A stretch of DNA of 64,000 nucleotides from Candidatus Aenigmatarchaeota archaeon (lineage in GTDB: Archaea; Aenigmatarchaeota; Aenigmatarchaeia; Aenigmatarchaeales; JACQIB01): assembly GCA_043799675.1 (NCBI GenBank), contig JAZDNN010000024.1, forward strand, positions 32,412 to 96,411. Direction: 5' to 3'. The notes under the pieces were generated by a model. That model was not told the origin of the DNA, did no database searches, and saw nothing but the letters and a program-made list of their open reading frames with translations. The position numbers and the translations under genes were made by a program. This document shows, piece after piece, positions 38,974 through 49,648 of this stretch (positions within the stretch are counted from its first letter, which is position 1; each line of letters starts with the position of its first letter).

Positions 38974-39378
38974 ATGCTCAACCAAAGGGTGATGGTCACC
39001 GCGGTGATACGGAAAGGCGACAGGTATCTTGTTCTCAAGCGGAGCAGATGGAATGAGGCATACTCCGGTCAGTGGCAGTTTCCGGAGGGCGGGGTGAAGT
39101 TCGGGGAGAGCCCGGAAAAGGCGCTGGCAAGGGAACTGAAGGAAGAAACGGGACTCGTGCTGAAGGGAGCAAAGCTCATTGGAATCTCATCGGGCAACAT
39201 CCGCTACTTCAACAAAAGGGTCTGGCATTTCATCAGGATACTTTACGAGTGCGAAGCGGAAGGAAACATCAACCTGTCAAGGGCGCACGAGAAGCACGAA
39301 TGGGTGGGCAGGGACAAGCTGAGGGAGCTCAGGTGGCTGCGCGGGTTCAAGTTCATCGACGTGAAGAATTTCCTTTAG
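38974..39378 (+). CDS. NUDIX hydrolase
   Basis: GGVKFGESPEKALARELKEETG Nudix box. Confidence 0.93.
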   Translation: MLNQRVMVTAVIRKGDRYLVLKRSRWNEAYSGQWQFPEGGVKFGESPEKALARELKEETGLVLKGAKLIGISSGNIRYFNKRVWHFIRILYECEAEGNINLSRAHEKHEWVGRDKLRELRWLRGFKFIDVKNFL

Positions 39379-40279
39379 TACCTATCGCGGCCCTGAGGGT
39401 CCTGAAACCCGCCTTCTCTATCGCTTCCGAGACCTCTTCCTGCAGCACGGGCGTCAGGGCGACGATGCAGCCACCGCCGCCTCCGCCGGTCATCTTGGCC
39501 CCATAGGCGCCGGCATCCTTCGCTATCTTCACCAGACGGTCGAGCTCCGGGGAGGAAACGCCGAGTTCCTGCAGCAGCTTATGATTATCGTCCATGGCCC
39601 AGCCGAAATTGATGAGATCGCCGCGCCGAAGGTCGGACAATGCAAGCATCTCGAAATCTTCCGCACGCTTGAACAGCGGGAGATACTTTCCGGGCTCGTC
39701 GACCTTTCTTCTTGCGACACCCTCGACCATCGCCTTCGTCTCGGCCACTATCCCCGTGTCGGCTATGACCAGCTCGAACGGTTCGTTCACTTCAATCGGT
39801 TGAACGGCTCCTTTATCGAAACGCAGCAGGCCGCCGTAGACGGCGGCGGCGTTGTCTATTCCGGACGGGTTGCCGGCAAAGGACTTTTCCATCTCGTACG
39901 TTATCCGGTTTATCTCCTCGTCCTCCAGGCGCATGCAGTATTCATCCGAGGTCGCCCTGACCATCGCCGCGCTGCTGGCCGCGGAGCAGCCGAGGCCGCT
40001 CATCACCGGCAGGTCTCCGCTGAGATAGACGTCGACACCTCCCGTCACGCCCATCAGGCCGAGCATCCTCTTGATAGATTCCGTCTGCTGGGCCTTCTTG
40101 GCGTCGGTGTAACCCTTGGTCCCTTTCCTGTTGTCATAGACGACTATTTCACCGTCGTGACGCGCCATCACGGTGGCGTCGGTGGTCCTGTCAAGTGCGG
40201 CCACTATGCCCGGCACCCCGTGCACCACGAAGTGGTCGTTGAAAAGAATGACCTTCCCGTAGCCCGAACCGTGTCCCAT
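39353..40279 (-). CDS. mvk: Mevalonate kinase (GHMP family)
   Basis: GKVILFNDH.VVHG, P..SGLGCSAA, PSGID, GAKMTGGGGGG. Confidence 0.88.
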   Translation of the reverse strand: MGHGSGYGKVILFNDHFVVHGVPGIVAALDRTTDATVMARHDGEIVVYDNRKGTKGYTDAKKAQQTESIKRMLGLMGVTGGVDVYLSGDLPVMSGLGCSAASSAAMVRATSDEYCMRLEDEEINRITYEMEKSFAGNPSGIDNAAAVYGGLLRFDKGAVQPIEVNEPFELVIADTGIVAETKAMVEGVARRKVDEPGKYLPLFKRAEDFEMLALSDLRRGDLINFGWAMDDNHKLLQELGVSSPELDRLVKIAKDAGAYGAKMTGGGGGGCIVALTPVLQEEVSEAIEKAGFRTLRAAIGTKGNSSRR

Positions 40280-40387
40280 CGAATCGGAAATAATGAAGGC
40301 ACAAAGGATTAATACCCAAACGGCGGGTTCGACAGGAAGTATCGCAAAGACTGACACCTTTAAGAAGTTTTCCGGTGTACGGGTGCC

Positions 40388-41188
40388 ATGCAGACCGAGA
40401 AACGTTTGACAATTCTGAAGATCGGCGGGTCCGTGATAACCGACCGGACCAGCGAGGTCCCGAATATAAACCATGCCAACCTGTCGAGGCTTGCAACCGA
40501 GATAGCGGAGGGCATGAAATCGGAAAATTTTCAACTGGTGATGGTCCATGGCGTGGGTAGCTACGGCCACCAGATCGTGAAGAGGACGGGCATCGACAAG
40601 GGGATTTCCAATGATGAGCAGAAATTGGGGATGGCACAGACGCAGATGCAGGTGAGCGAACTGAACGTGCTGGTATGCAAGCAACTGCAGGAGGCGGGCA
40701 TACCGGCAATGCCGTGCCAGGCGAGCGCTGCGGCGGTGATGAACAACGGAAGGGTCTCTGAGTGGGACGTTTCCGCAGTAAGGGAGATGCTTTCACGGGG
40801 CGTGGTTCCGGTGCTTTACGGGGTGCCTGCCGTTGACAAAAGCATGGGCTGCTCAATCCTTTCCGGCGACCAGATAGCCCCTTATCTTGCGAAACACCTG
40901 AAGGCGGACAGGATAATCCACGGAACCGATGTGGACGGGATATTCACAGGCGACCCCAAGAAAGACAAGAACGCAAAACACATCCCGCTCATAAACGCGG
41001 AGAACATCGAGCAGGTGAAGACCATGCTCGGCGGCTCAACGAATGTTGACGTCAGCGGCGGGATGACGGGAAAGGTGGCGGAGATAGCGGGCACGGGGAT
41101 ACGGACCATGATAGTCAGCGCGACCGTCCCGGGCAGGATAAGGGCGGCACTGCTCGGCGAGAACATAGGAACGCTGATAAGGATATAG
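40388..41188 (+). CDS. ipk: Isopentenyl phosphate kinase
   Basis: KIGGSVIT, HG.GSYGH, YG, SGD, DVDG, DVSGGM.GK. Confidence 0.92.
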   Translation: MQTEKRLTILKIGGSVITDRTSEVPNINHANLSRLATEIAEGMKSENFQLVMVHGVGSYGHQIVKRTGIDKGISNDEQKLGMAQTQMQVSELNVLVCKQLQEAGIPAMPCQASAAAVMNNGRVSEWDVSAVREMLSRGVVPVLYGVPAVDKSMGCSILSGDQIAPYLAKHLKADRIIHGTDVDGIFTGDPKKDKNAKHIPLINAENIEQVKTMLGGSTNVDVSGGMTGKVAEIAGTGIRTMIVSATVPGRIRAALLGENIGTLIRI

Positions 41189-41195
41189 GATTTTC

Positions 41196-41900
41196 ATGCT
41201 TCCCACGGACCACCCTATCCGATGGCTCAGGCAATTCGAGCTGAAGCCGGGGAGCGTTCTGGACGTCGGGTGCGGGAACGGATACCTTTCCAAAGAACTG
41301 ATAAGGATGTACCCGCAGGCGGAGGTGTACGGCCTTGACATGGATTCGCTTACCCTCGCCGTCGCCCTGCACCGCAGGAACCTGAGGAAAGATCATGCCA
41401 TCTGCGGCGACGCAAAATACCTCGGAAGGCCACAGGCGGACAGTTTCAATAAGATTGAAATAACGGAAGGGGCTCTAACCTGGGACAGGGAAATACAGAA
41501 ATATGACGAAGACTGGCGGAAGATACACAGGCTCGAAGCCGAATTTCCCAAGGAATTCGACCTCGTGTTCGCAAACGATGTCGCGCACATGATGGACCTT
41601 GAAGACTGGGGAAAGGCGATGCACGGGGCGACGGATTCAAACCCGCCCACAATCGGCGAGATGGGAAGGGCGGTCGGCCCGGGCGGCCACATGCTGTATT
41701 CCGCCCCCGCGTTCAACAGGTATGTGGACGGGAGAAATATCACGGCGGAAAAGACCAGGGAGTTCGTTGAAGAAGTAAGGAAGGACGCGGAAGGCGCGGG
41801 GCTGAAGCTGGTGAGATGGAAATACATGGGTGACAGGAGAAAATTCCCAAAAAGAGACGATACCGAGCTCGACATCGGCTTTTTTTGCAGGAAAATCTGA
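41196..41900 (+). CDS. Class I SAM-dependent methyltransferase
   Basis: VLDVGCGNG, GLD, FDLVF, PGG. Confidence 0.85.
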   Translation: MLPTDHPIRWLRQFELKPGSVLDVGCGNGYLSKELIRMYPQAEVYGLDMDSLTLAVALHRRNLRKDHAICGDAKYLGRPQADSFNKIEITEGALTWDREIQKYDEDWRKIHRLEAEFPKEFDLVFANDVAHMMDLEDWGKAMHGATDSNPPTIGEMGRAVGPGGHMLYSAPAFNRYVDGRNITAEKTREFVEEVRKDAEGAGLKLVRWKYMGDRRKFPKRDDTELDIGFFCRKI

Positions 41901-41972
41901 TTTCACGGCAATGGTCGATTTATCGTCCGTTGCCGAAGCGGTGCGTGATAACGTTATAAGCGATTTTGAAGC

Positions 41973-42878
41973 ATGTCGCCCATGTCAAGCCCGCCGAAGT
42001 ATGAAATCGAACTGAGAGCGCCCCTGCACCCGGAAATTCCGAAAGACGCCGAGCCCCTGAAAACATATTCCAGAATAGATGACACCTACTACATGATGCA
42101 GCCGCGGCTGCGCGTGCGGAAGGCGGTGTTGACACAACCGGACGGCCCGCGTAGAATCGGAGCGATGACGATGAAGACTATGCTCGGCCGCAGCGCGGGA
42201 AAGGTCATAGAATATGAGACGGACGTGGAGGACGGCGAGGCGATGATGGTCGCGTTCGACAAGATTGCCAAGAAAAGAATCTTCGAGATAAACGGTTCCA
42301 GAAAAACGTACACACTCCCGCTTTCGTACGAGCTGAGAAAAAAATACACCGACACGCTTTCCGGAACATCATCGGTCGAGCTTTGCATAGACACGATTGA
42401 AGGATGGAAAGTCAGCAAGTGGTCAGAGATAGAGGTGCTCCTTCCGCCAGACCAACGGATGCTCAAACCTGCGATGGACTTGTTGCACGACGTGTATGAA
42501 AAAATGCTCGGGGTCGACAGAAACCTCATGACCGAGACCGATTACGTGGAGTGGAAGCTCTACGATGCCATCCTCTGCAACATCGCAAGGTGCGCCCAAG
42601 ACGGGGTACCCGCGACGTATGACACGATTTACAAAGACTTCAATAACGGAAACCCCGAAACATACCTGCAAAAGGTGTGCGATGCGTTGTGCCAGAAGGA
42701 ACTGATTGACGAGAACGAGGAGCAGCTCACCCTGAGGATGTCCCTTGCAAGGGCGCGAAACAGCGGAAGACTGTGGCAGCACAAAATTCCGAGATCGCCA
42801 AGGCATGAAGCGGCAGAACCGGAGGGAAAATCCGAAAACATCCTGCATGTCCCGTGGAGCGAGGAAATAGACATATAA
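41973..42878 (+). CDS. CYTH-domain-like protein
   Basis: EIELR, D.YY, LRVR, EYET.V, D.I......EIE. Confidence 0.7.
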   Translation: MSPMSSPPKYEIELRAPLHPEIPKDAEPLKTYSRIDDTYYMMQPRLRVRKAVLTQPDGPRRIGAMTMKTMLGRSAGKVIEYETDVEDGEAMMVAFDKIAKKRIFEINGSRKTYTLPLSYELRKKYTDTLSGTSSVELCIDTIEGWKVSKWSEIEVLLPPDQRMLKPAMDLLHDVYEKMLGVDRNLMTETDYVEWKLYDAILCNIARCAQDGVPATYDTIYKDFNNGNPETYLQKVCDALCQKELIDENEEQLTLRMSLARARNSGRLWQHKIPRSPRHEAAEPEGKSENILHVPWSEEIDI

Positions 42879-42986
42879 TTTCTCCGTTTCGCCGAGTGAA
42901 TAAAGTTAGGCATTTGCCTTACTTCGGCAAAAAACGTAGGCGTACCCTCCTTTTTATAAATGGGCGGCTGCACTAGCTGCCACATT

Positions 42987-44057
42987 ATGACGGTCGGGAA
43001 CAGCCCTGAAAGTAGACTTACGGTTATCCAACGCCGGAAGGCGGAGCATCTCCGCATCTGCGCCGAGGAGAGGGTGACCAACGGTGTGAGCCCCGGCTTC
43101 GAAAAGGTGATGCTCATTCATCGCTCCCTGCCTGAGCTGAACTTCTCCCAGATAGACACTTCCGTTGAATTACTGGGGAAGAGGCTGCAGGCGCCGATAA
43201 TCATAACCGCGATGACCGGGGGCTGCCAGGAGGCAAAGGAGATAAACCGGAACCTGGCCATAGCTGCGCAGAGGGTCGGGGTCGCGATGGGCCTGGGCAG
43301 CCAGAGGGCGATGCTGATGCAGCCCGAACTGACATCCACGTACGAGGTCAGGGATGTGGCGCCGTCCATACTTCTGTTAGGTAATATAGGCATGGTTCAG
43401 TTCGCAAACGGCTGCCGGCTGAAGGAATTCGCGGCAGCCAAGCAGCTGGGCTGCGATGCCATTGCCGTGCACCTCAACCCGCTGCAGGAGGCGGTGCAAC
43501 CCGAGGGGGACCGGAACTGGGCGGGCTGCGGGAATGCGTTGAAAGAGATATGCGCCCAGAGCGAGCTGCCGATAGTGGTGAAGGAGACCGGGGCGGGAAT
43601 ATCCGCCGAGATTGCACATGTGCTGGAAGAGGCGGGGGCAGAAGCCATAGACGTGAGCGGCTGCGGGGGCACGAACTTCGCGCTGGTCGAGGCGTTCAGG
43701 GGCTCGCCTGCCGGCGATGTCTTTCATGATTGGGGAATTCCGACCGTATGCTCGTTGCTGGAAGTGAAGAGCTCGGTGAAGGTGCCGATAATCTGCAGCG
43801 GCGGCGTGACCAACGGGCTGGAGGCCGCAAAATCGCTGGTGATGGGAGCGACGGTAGCCGGCATAGCAAGGCCCCTGCTCAAGCCCGCGATGGAGGGACC
43901 GGAAGCGGTCGAGAAGAAGCTGAGGGAAATAATCGACCAGCTGAAGACCGCGATGATGCTTGTCGGGGCAAGGAACATCCGCGAGCTGCAGGCCGCACGG
44001 TATGTCACCACCGGCTTTGTGAAGGAATGGACGGACCAGCGGCTGAGACTGAGTTAG
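42987..44057 (+). CDS. fni: Type 2 isopentenyl-diphosphate isomerase
   Basis: RK.EH, AMTGG, GSQR, HLNPLQE..QPEGD, VKE.G.G, GGT, WGIPT, SGG. Confidence 0.96.
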   Translation: MTVGNSPESRLTVIQRRKAEHLRICAEERVTNGVSPGFEKVMLIHRSLPELNFSQIDTSVELLGKRLQAPIIITAMTGGCQEAKEINRNLAIAAQRVGVAMGLGSQRAMLMQPELTSTYEVRDVAPSILLLGNIGMVQFANGCRLKEFAAAKQLGCDAIAVHLNPLQEAVQPEGDRNWAGCGNALKEICAQSELPIVVKETGAGISAEIAHVLEEAGAEAIDVSGCGGTNFALVEAFRGSPAGDVFHDWGIPTVCSLLEVKSSVKVPIICSGGVTNGLEAAKSLVMGATVAGIARPLLKPAMEGPEAVEKKLREIIDQLKTAMMLVGARNIRELQAARYVTTGFVKEWTDQRLRLS

Positions 44058-44060
44058 GGC

Positions 44061-44474
44061 TTACCAGTTCCAGTAAGCTGAAGCTCTTCTGACCAGGCCC
44101 TGCGCGAGGGCTTCCCATCTTCCCTCGTACTTTATCTTCCTGGCAAGCGTGGCAAGGGCATTCCTGACCATCCTCTCGTACAGGTCCTTCCCGGCGAGCC
44201 TGGTCTGCGCATCCATCCAGCTTATCTTCGAGCCGATGAAGGCGACCAGGGCTATCATCGCCCCCTCCTTGGTGTTGATTATGCCGATGTTGAACGGGAC
44301 GTTCCGATAATCCTCGACACAGCCCCTGCCCAATATCTCTATTGCCTTCGCAAAGGCCGCACGCTCCGCAGGATCCCTGCTGACCTGAAGCATCCCCTCA
44401 AGGACGGCGACGGTATAGGGTATCGGTCCCTCCTCGACCACCGTCAGATGAGCCCGCAGTCTGACCATAGCCAA
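44061..44474 (-). CDS. Hypothetical protein
   Basis: ORF only. Confidence 0.55.
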   Translation of the reverse strand: MAMVRLRAHLTVVEEGPIPYTVAVLEGMLQVSRDPAERAAFAKAIEILGRGCVEDYRNVPFNIGIINTKEGAMIALVAFIGSKISWMDAQTRLAGKDLYERMVRNALATLARKIKYEGRWEALAQGLVRRASAYWNW

Positions 44475-44513
44475 AGCTGGGACAGCCAGAATAAAAAGAA
44501 AAGGAAAAAGTTC

Positions 44514-45167
44514 CTAACCCATCAAGCTTGCCAAACCGAGGCCACGTAAGACCGTCATGGCAAGCGACGCGACGAGCACGAACACCACTATCACAGGGAG
44601 CAGCCATGTCAGGGCCGCCTTGGACATGCCGTATTCATGCGTCTCGCACAACGCGAGCGTCAGCAGGTAGAGCCCGTAGAGCCACACCAGAATGCCCAGG
44701 CCGCTGCCCACGAACGGTATCAGGGCCAGCACCGCGGCCAGCACGGACACCGGGGCAAGGTATATTGCAGTAAGCCATGCCTGCGTGTTGAAACTGCCCT
44801 TTCCGCCAAGCATCTTGGCCACCAGGAGCAGTACTCCGGCGCCTATCAACCAGCCGACCAACGTCATGACCGGGGTTGCCACAAGGGTGTAGACAGTGCC
44901 GCTCGTTCCGCCGAGCATTGCAGAGATCCTGGTACCAAGCATCGCGTTCTGTATCACGCTGAGGACACCGACGATGACGCCGGCTATCAGGATGTGCTTT
45001 GCACCCTCACCCAGGTCCGCATTCTTCTTCTCGCGCTTGAAGGTTTCCGCGGGTTTCATGAGTACTTGTTTCCATACATCGAGGAAACCATCGAAGAAAC
45101 CCGTCTTCTTGTTTCCGACCGGCATCTCCTCGATGCCGGCGGATTTCTTGATTTTCGCTTTTGGCAT
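44514..45167 (-). CDS. Yip1-family membrane protein
   Basis: P.E.F, A..LGGKGSF, five TM segments. Confidence 0.82.
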   Translation of the reverse strand: MPKAKIKKSAGIEEMPVGNKKTGFFDGFLDVWKQVLMKPAETFKREKKNADLGEGAKHILIAGVIVGVLSVIQNAMLGTRISAMLGGTSGTVYTLVATPVMTLVGWLIGAGVLLLVAKMLGGKGSFNTQAWLTAIYLAPVSVLAAVLALIPFVGSGLGILVWLYGLYLLTLALCETHEYGMSKAALTWLLPVIVVFVLVASLAMTVLRGLGLASLMG

Positions 45168-45211
45168 GCCAGAATTGGGGAGCCGCTATTTAAACCTGAC
45201 ACGGGATGAAG

Positions 45212-45502
45212 TTATTCCTTCGCATGCGGGAATATTTTTCCTGCGTCCAGCAACCCGAGAATCACGTCGGCTCCTGCGACCCTAACCTCGTGCTTCCTCC
45301 TGTATTCACGCACCTTTTCCATCACCTTTGCCAGCGTATCCTCCGTCCCCGTCAGCTCGCGCACGACGCAATCATCAACATCCGCCTCGTCGTAAACATC
45401 AAAGCTCCTGTAGCTTTCCGGCTTGCAGGCTATGACCCATTCGGGCAAGACGACCGAGTTCAGGGAGCGGCTCCTAAGATGCATCAGATAAAGTTTGGCC
45501 AT
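45212..45502 (-). CDS. Hypothetical protein
   Basis: ORF abutting the endonuclease IV-like gene. Confidence 0.5.
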   Translation of the reverse strand: MAKLYLMHLRSRSLNSVVLPEWVIACKPESYRSFDVYDEADVDDCVVRELTGTEDTLAKVMEKVREYRRKHEVRVAGADVILGLLDAGKIFPHAKE

Positions 45503-46300
45503 TCATACCACGCCTGATATTTTTTTCAGCACCAGCGCGCTCTCCTCGAGGTCAGGCGTTTCAGAAATAAATACGCAATCAATCTTTCTTTTCAACACCT
45601 CCCTGACTATAGGCGCATACGGCGGGTTGTTCCCTATCGGGGTATGGATGTCCGCCCAGCCGGTCTTCGTCCTCTTCGCGCCTGCAAAATGGAAGTGCAG
45701 GTGCTTGAAGTGCCTCAGCTGGTCGAGGACTTTTCCTGCTTCAAGCAGGCCGTTGGTTCGTACCCAGAGATGGGCCCAATCGATGACAGGCACGCATTGC
45801 GGGACGGCCTTGCAAGCTTGAACCAGTTCCTCGACCGAACCCCAGGCGGCCTTCTTGGCGGTGACCTCGAGGCCGATGGCGACAGAGTCCCACCCTTTAA
45901 GCATGGCCTGTTTCGCAATAAGCTCGAACTGCTCCGCCATGGGTTGCATGGCCTGTTCGCTCGTTAGCCCCCCATAATAACCCGGATGAAAGACGGCAAC
46001 GGTACCTCCGGCGGCATGCGTCCTTTCGATGGTATCCAGAATCATCTTCCGGCTGTTCACCACCTTGGCAGGCTCCTTCGAGAGGAGATTAATGTAGTAG
46101 GGTGCGTGGGCCGACAAGGAGACATCAAGCTCCTTCGCGACCTTTCCGACCTCCTTCGCCGAGGCAACGCTCATCCGCACGCCCCTGACGAACTCCATCT
46201 CCATCGCATTGAGCTTTAATTCGGCTATCCTTCTGATGCCGCCGACCGAGCCCTCCTCCTTCGCCGAGAAAGGTATGCCCCCGGTACCGAACCGAATCAT
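45503..46300 (-). CDS. Endonuclease IV-like TIM-barrel protein
   Basis: FG..G.P, E.EFVRG, HAPYYINL, FHPG, IDWAH, HFHF, ISE.P.LE. Confidence 0.9.
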   Translation of the reverse strand: MIRFGTGGIPFSAKEEGSVGGIRRIAELKLNAMEMEFVRGVRMSVASAKEVGKVAKELDVSLSAHAPYYINLLSKEPAKVVNSRKMILDTIERTHAAGGTVAVFHPGYYGGLTSEQAMQPMAEQFELIAKQAMLKGWDSVAIGLEVTAKKAAWGSVEELVQACKAVPQCVPVIDWAHLWVRTNGLLEAGKVLDQLRHFKHLHFHFAGAKRTKTGWADIHTPIGNNPPYAPIVREVLKRKIDCVFISETPDLEESALVLKKISGVV

Positions 46301-46348
46301 GGTCAGATTTAACTGGGCTGATATAAATCGTTAGCTTGGCTCATCGTC

Positions 46349-46651
46349 CTATTTTTTATGTCGCTTGAGTCGCGGCACCAGCAACGAAAGCAGAATGACC
46401 GCTACCAGATACCATACCACAAGGTCAGCAATCAGACCGCCGAAATAGAGCGTCACCCCGACGCTACCCAAAATCAGCATGGACCCGATTGCAGAAGCCC
46501 CGAATGAAAACAGCATCGCTTCCAGAGGCAAGCCCGCCGAAAACGCATCAGCAAACACCGCCCCTTTGTAAAATAACGACAGACCAAACAGCATCAGGCA
46601 GAGGAGCGCCTTCTTCCAATCCGGTCTCAATAGCTCCCTGATGTTTGCCAT
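46349..46651 (-). CDS. Membrane protein
   Basis: Hydrophobic; LRPDWKK start and GLP motif. Confidence 0.55.
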   Translation of the reverse strand: MANIRELLRPDWKKALLCLMLFGLSLFYKGAVFADAFSAGLPLEAMLFSFGASAIGSMLILGSVGVTLYFGGLIADLVVWYLVAVILLSLLVPRLKRHKK

Positions 46652-47529
46652 GCACATTGTAATGCATTCCGGTTTAAAAAGGTGCGAATCATCACGGATT
46701 GACTTCGACAATTCCGGGAACGCGCTGCTTCAGAACTTCCGGGCTCAAATCAGTCTCCACGTAATACATGTGGCCGTCGTCCCCGCGACCCCTGCGATCC
46801 TGATAATTCAGGACATTTCCGATCTTTGACAGATACTCGTCAATCCTTCCTGCAGAAATGACAACAATCTTGCGCATGAAATCAGACCTTCAACGCAATC
46901 GAAAGCACTATCTCAAGCACAATGAAACCGATACAGATTGCAAGCACGTGCTCGGGCTTGAGCTTGACGAGGGCCTTATCGTCATCGTAATACCTTACCA
47001 GTCCGGCCATGCCCTGCGGTGCCTGCGATTCTTCCTTCTGCGCCATAAGTCATATCACCAATACAAACTACTTAAGCGTTTGCCCTCAGAGGTGGTCGCC
47101 CATCAGGTCAGATATTGCCTCATGCCCCCGACGCTTGCTCAGGGAGGAGAGGGGGCCTATCGCCTTCCTTTTTTCGGGCGAGGGACATGATTCCGAGAGG
47201 TTGTATGCAAACGTAACCAAATCCGCGAGACCGTAGACGGTCCCGCCAAACAGCACTGCACCACAGACGTATTCCATCACGGAATAACTTGGCGCAAAAG
47301 GCTCTTAAGCTTTATCGCGCGCCTTCTTTTCCCCGGCGAGCTCGTGGAGCCTGGGCTGTGAATAGAAGAATCCCGTGATGGGCCCGGTCCACATGAGGAC
47401 GGAAACCTCATCAGGGCTGCCCCTGACATTCTTTGCAAATTGATAGGTGATGCCCTCATAGGCAATATACGCCAAAATCAAACCGGCCGCATATGCGACA
47501 TATTCGCCGCTCATGAAAACATTCCCGTC

Positions 47530-48117
47530 TCAGTCCTGTTCAGGCTTCTTCGTTATCAGATGATGCTTCCTCGCGGCGGCCTCGAGCACCATCAGGGCAT
47601 TCGCATATGCACCGTCATATACCTGCCTCTTCCCCTCGTCAATCCCCGTGAACTCCACCGAGCGGCCCCTGATGCGTATGCCGATATCGTAGCCGCCGTA
47701 CTTGTATTTTTTCGGGTCGGAACTCTCGGGCAGGCTCGCCCTGACAACGATGTCATCCGGCCGTATCTCCCTTCCCATCATCTCGAAATCCAGCACCATC
47801 CCGAAAGGGACATCCGCCACGTCGGTAAAAACGGATTTTACGCACAACTTCATTCTCCTGCAGCCGACATATTCCGTTTTCATCCGCAGTTTCTCCTCCC
47901 CTTCCCCGCCGAGATTGACGTCCATGCCTTCCATGCCGGGCATCAATACACTGGGTTCATAATCCAAGCTCACCTCGACCGCGTCCGTATTCGCATGTAT
48001 GCTGTCAAGGAAATCGGAAACACGCACCTGGTACCTCGCCAGCTCCTGGGATTTGCCCCAGGCCTCCTTCATCGCCTTCCTTGCCGTGAGCAAACTCTTG
48101 CCGACTGACAAACGCAT
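47530..48117 (-). CDS. Hypothetical protein
   Basis: ORF with TATA-like TTTAAA upstream. Confidence 0.55.
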   Translation of the reverse strand: MRLSVGKSLLTARKAMKEAWGKSQELARYQVRVSDFLDSIHANTDAVEVSLDYEPSVLMPGMEGMDVNLGGEGEEKLRMKTEYVGCRRMKLCVKSVFTDVADVPFGMVLDFEMMGREIRPDDIVVRASLPESSDPKKYKYGGYDIGIRIRGRSVEFTGIDEGKRQVYDGAYANALMVLEAAARKHHLITKKPEQD

Positions 48118-48188
48118 GCCGACTTAATGCACAAAAAAGGATTTAAACGGGCCCTAAGGTTCATTCCTCCTAGATTGGCTGCGCAATA

Positions 48189-48692
48189 TCATGACTGCTT
48201 TTCGTTCTGCCAATGCCCCTGGTAGATGACATCGGAGGGCTCGCCGTCTTCCAGCGTGAACTGCAGCCAGGGCTCGTCCTTGTGAATTCTGAACATCCGT
48301 ATCGGCACATACACAGTCTGCGTGCTGAATCCGCTGTAGCCGGAATCCCATACGGCCGCGGGGGCCTTAAGCATGCCAAGCCGGTTGAGGGAGGAGCGCG
48401 GGAATCCCCTTCCGATTGCATTGGACGGGACCGTTATCCGGTTTGCAAGCCGCACTTCGTAGGTTCCCTGGCGGAGGTTGTAGAAACCATCGGAGTCGGG
48501 CAGAATCCGCTGCTTCTCCGGAGACGTCGTCCTGACGCCCCCCTTCAGCGTCGAGACCGAATCTGGGTGGAACATCCAGACGTCGGAGACGCCTATGTCA
48601 ACGCCGTTCGGATTGATTTTCACCGCGGGCGGCTGGCTGACATATTCCGAGACCCGCTTGCCTGACCAGACGACCATACGAACAGAAAGCAT
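48189..48692 (-). CDS. Trimeric dUTPase/dCTP deaminase family protein
   Basis: PNGVD, PRSSL.R.G, WDSGY.G, Q, YQG.WQ. Confidence 0.88.
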   Translation of the reverse strand: MLSVRMVVWSGKRVSEYVSQPPAVKINPNGVDIGVSDVWMFHPDSVSTLKGGVRTTSPEKQRILPDSDGFYNLRQGTYEVRLANRITVPSNAIGRGFPRSSLNRLGMLKAPAAVWDSGYSGFSTQTVYVPIRMFRIHKDEPWLQFTLEDGEPSDVIYQGHWQNEKQS

Positions 48693-48725
48693 ACCAGAAA
48701 TAAATAGTCATTAGCGGTCGAGAGA

Positions 48726-49298
48726 CTACTCAATTACGAAGGTCGACCAGACCCACCGTTCGCCTGAGACCCATGGAGAGGCCGAATGCGGCTCGTACTC
48801 CACCAGGAAGCCTATCATGCCGATGTCACCGATTGCCATGTTCTGCTGGTATTCCTCCGCGCGCACGTTGCAGATGCTGTTGAGGCGGACCGGTACGTTC
48901 CCTTCAGCCCGGTTGGCGGTGAGGTTGACCTCCCAATCACAGGTATTGCTGAACAGATGCATTACGTCACGTTTGTTCAGGTCGCCGTACTTTATTTCGC
49001 TTATCTTCAGCGTATCCCCGCCACTGGTATCGGGCGTGGTGAAAGTGAACACCATGTCGCCGGGCTTGCCGGATATGGTGAAGAGGAAATGACCGCCCTG
49101 GCTGTTCTCATACATCTTCAGTCTCATCATTATTTCGTTCGAATTCTCGTTTGACTTTGTCAACTGGGCCGTCAGGAGGCTTTTGTCCGCGGTCAGCTGT
49201 GCGACATTGTCGTTCAGGCCGGTAATCGTGATGTAAGAATAGGCGGCAAGCGCGGCAATGATTAAGACGGCAACAACCAGCGGAATCCTCATGTCCAT
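48726..49298 (-). CDS. Membrane-anchored hypothetical protein
   Basis: N-terminal TM helix plus coiled coil. Confidence 0.65.
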   Translation of the reverse strand: MDMRIPLVVAVLIIAALAAYSYITITGLNDNVAQLTADKSLLTAQLTKSNENSNEIMMRLKMYENSQGGHFLFTISGKPGDMVFTFTTPDTSGGDTLKISEIKYGDLNKRDVMHLFSNTCDWEVNLTANRAEGNVPVRLNSICNVRAEEYQQNMAIGDIGMIGFLVEYEPHSASPWVSGERWVWSTFVIE

Positions 49299-49331
49299 AT
49301 ACTGGTTGCGGCATGCAGGTTTAAAAATGGA

Positions 49332-49646
49332 CATGCCCTCGGTCCAAATCCCTAACGTCAATCGACGAAAAAGGCGATGATACGTTCTTATGTTAAGTTT
49401 GTTCAGCTTCCGATTGCCGCCGGAGGCAAATCGGGTGATGCTGAAAACATCAGGCAATGCGTGCCACTAAAGCACATATCGGCCCGACAACCGTGACGGG
49501 ACTGGGCTGAAACATCTCCCCGAACGGCAACCGTGTCAGATAGAGCATCGCATCCTCAGGCCGGAATCCGAAAGCCCGGGTCGAGCACTTCGGTGTCAAA
49601 CAGGACTTATGGGTTAACGGCCTGTCCGAGCCCATTCGGCGGCATG
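49332..49646. ncRNA. Putative structured non-coding RNA (~315 nt), unclassified
   Basis: Termini CATGCC/GGCATG pair; several hairpins; crossing pairings ATGGG/CCCAT and ACAGG/CCTGT. Confidence 0.4.
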
Positions 49647-49648
49647 AT

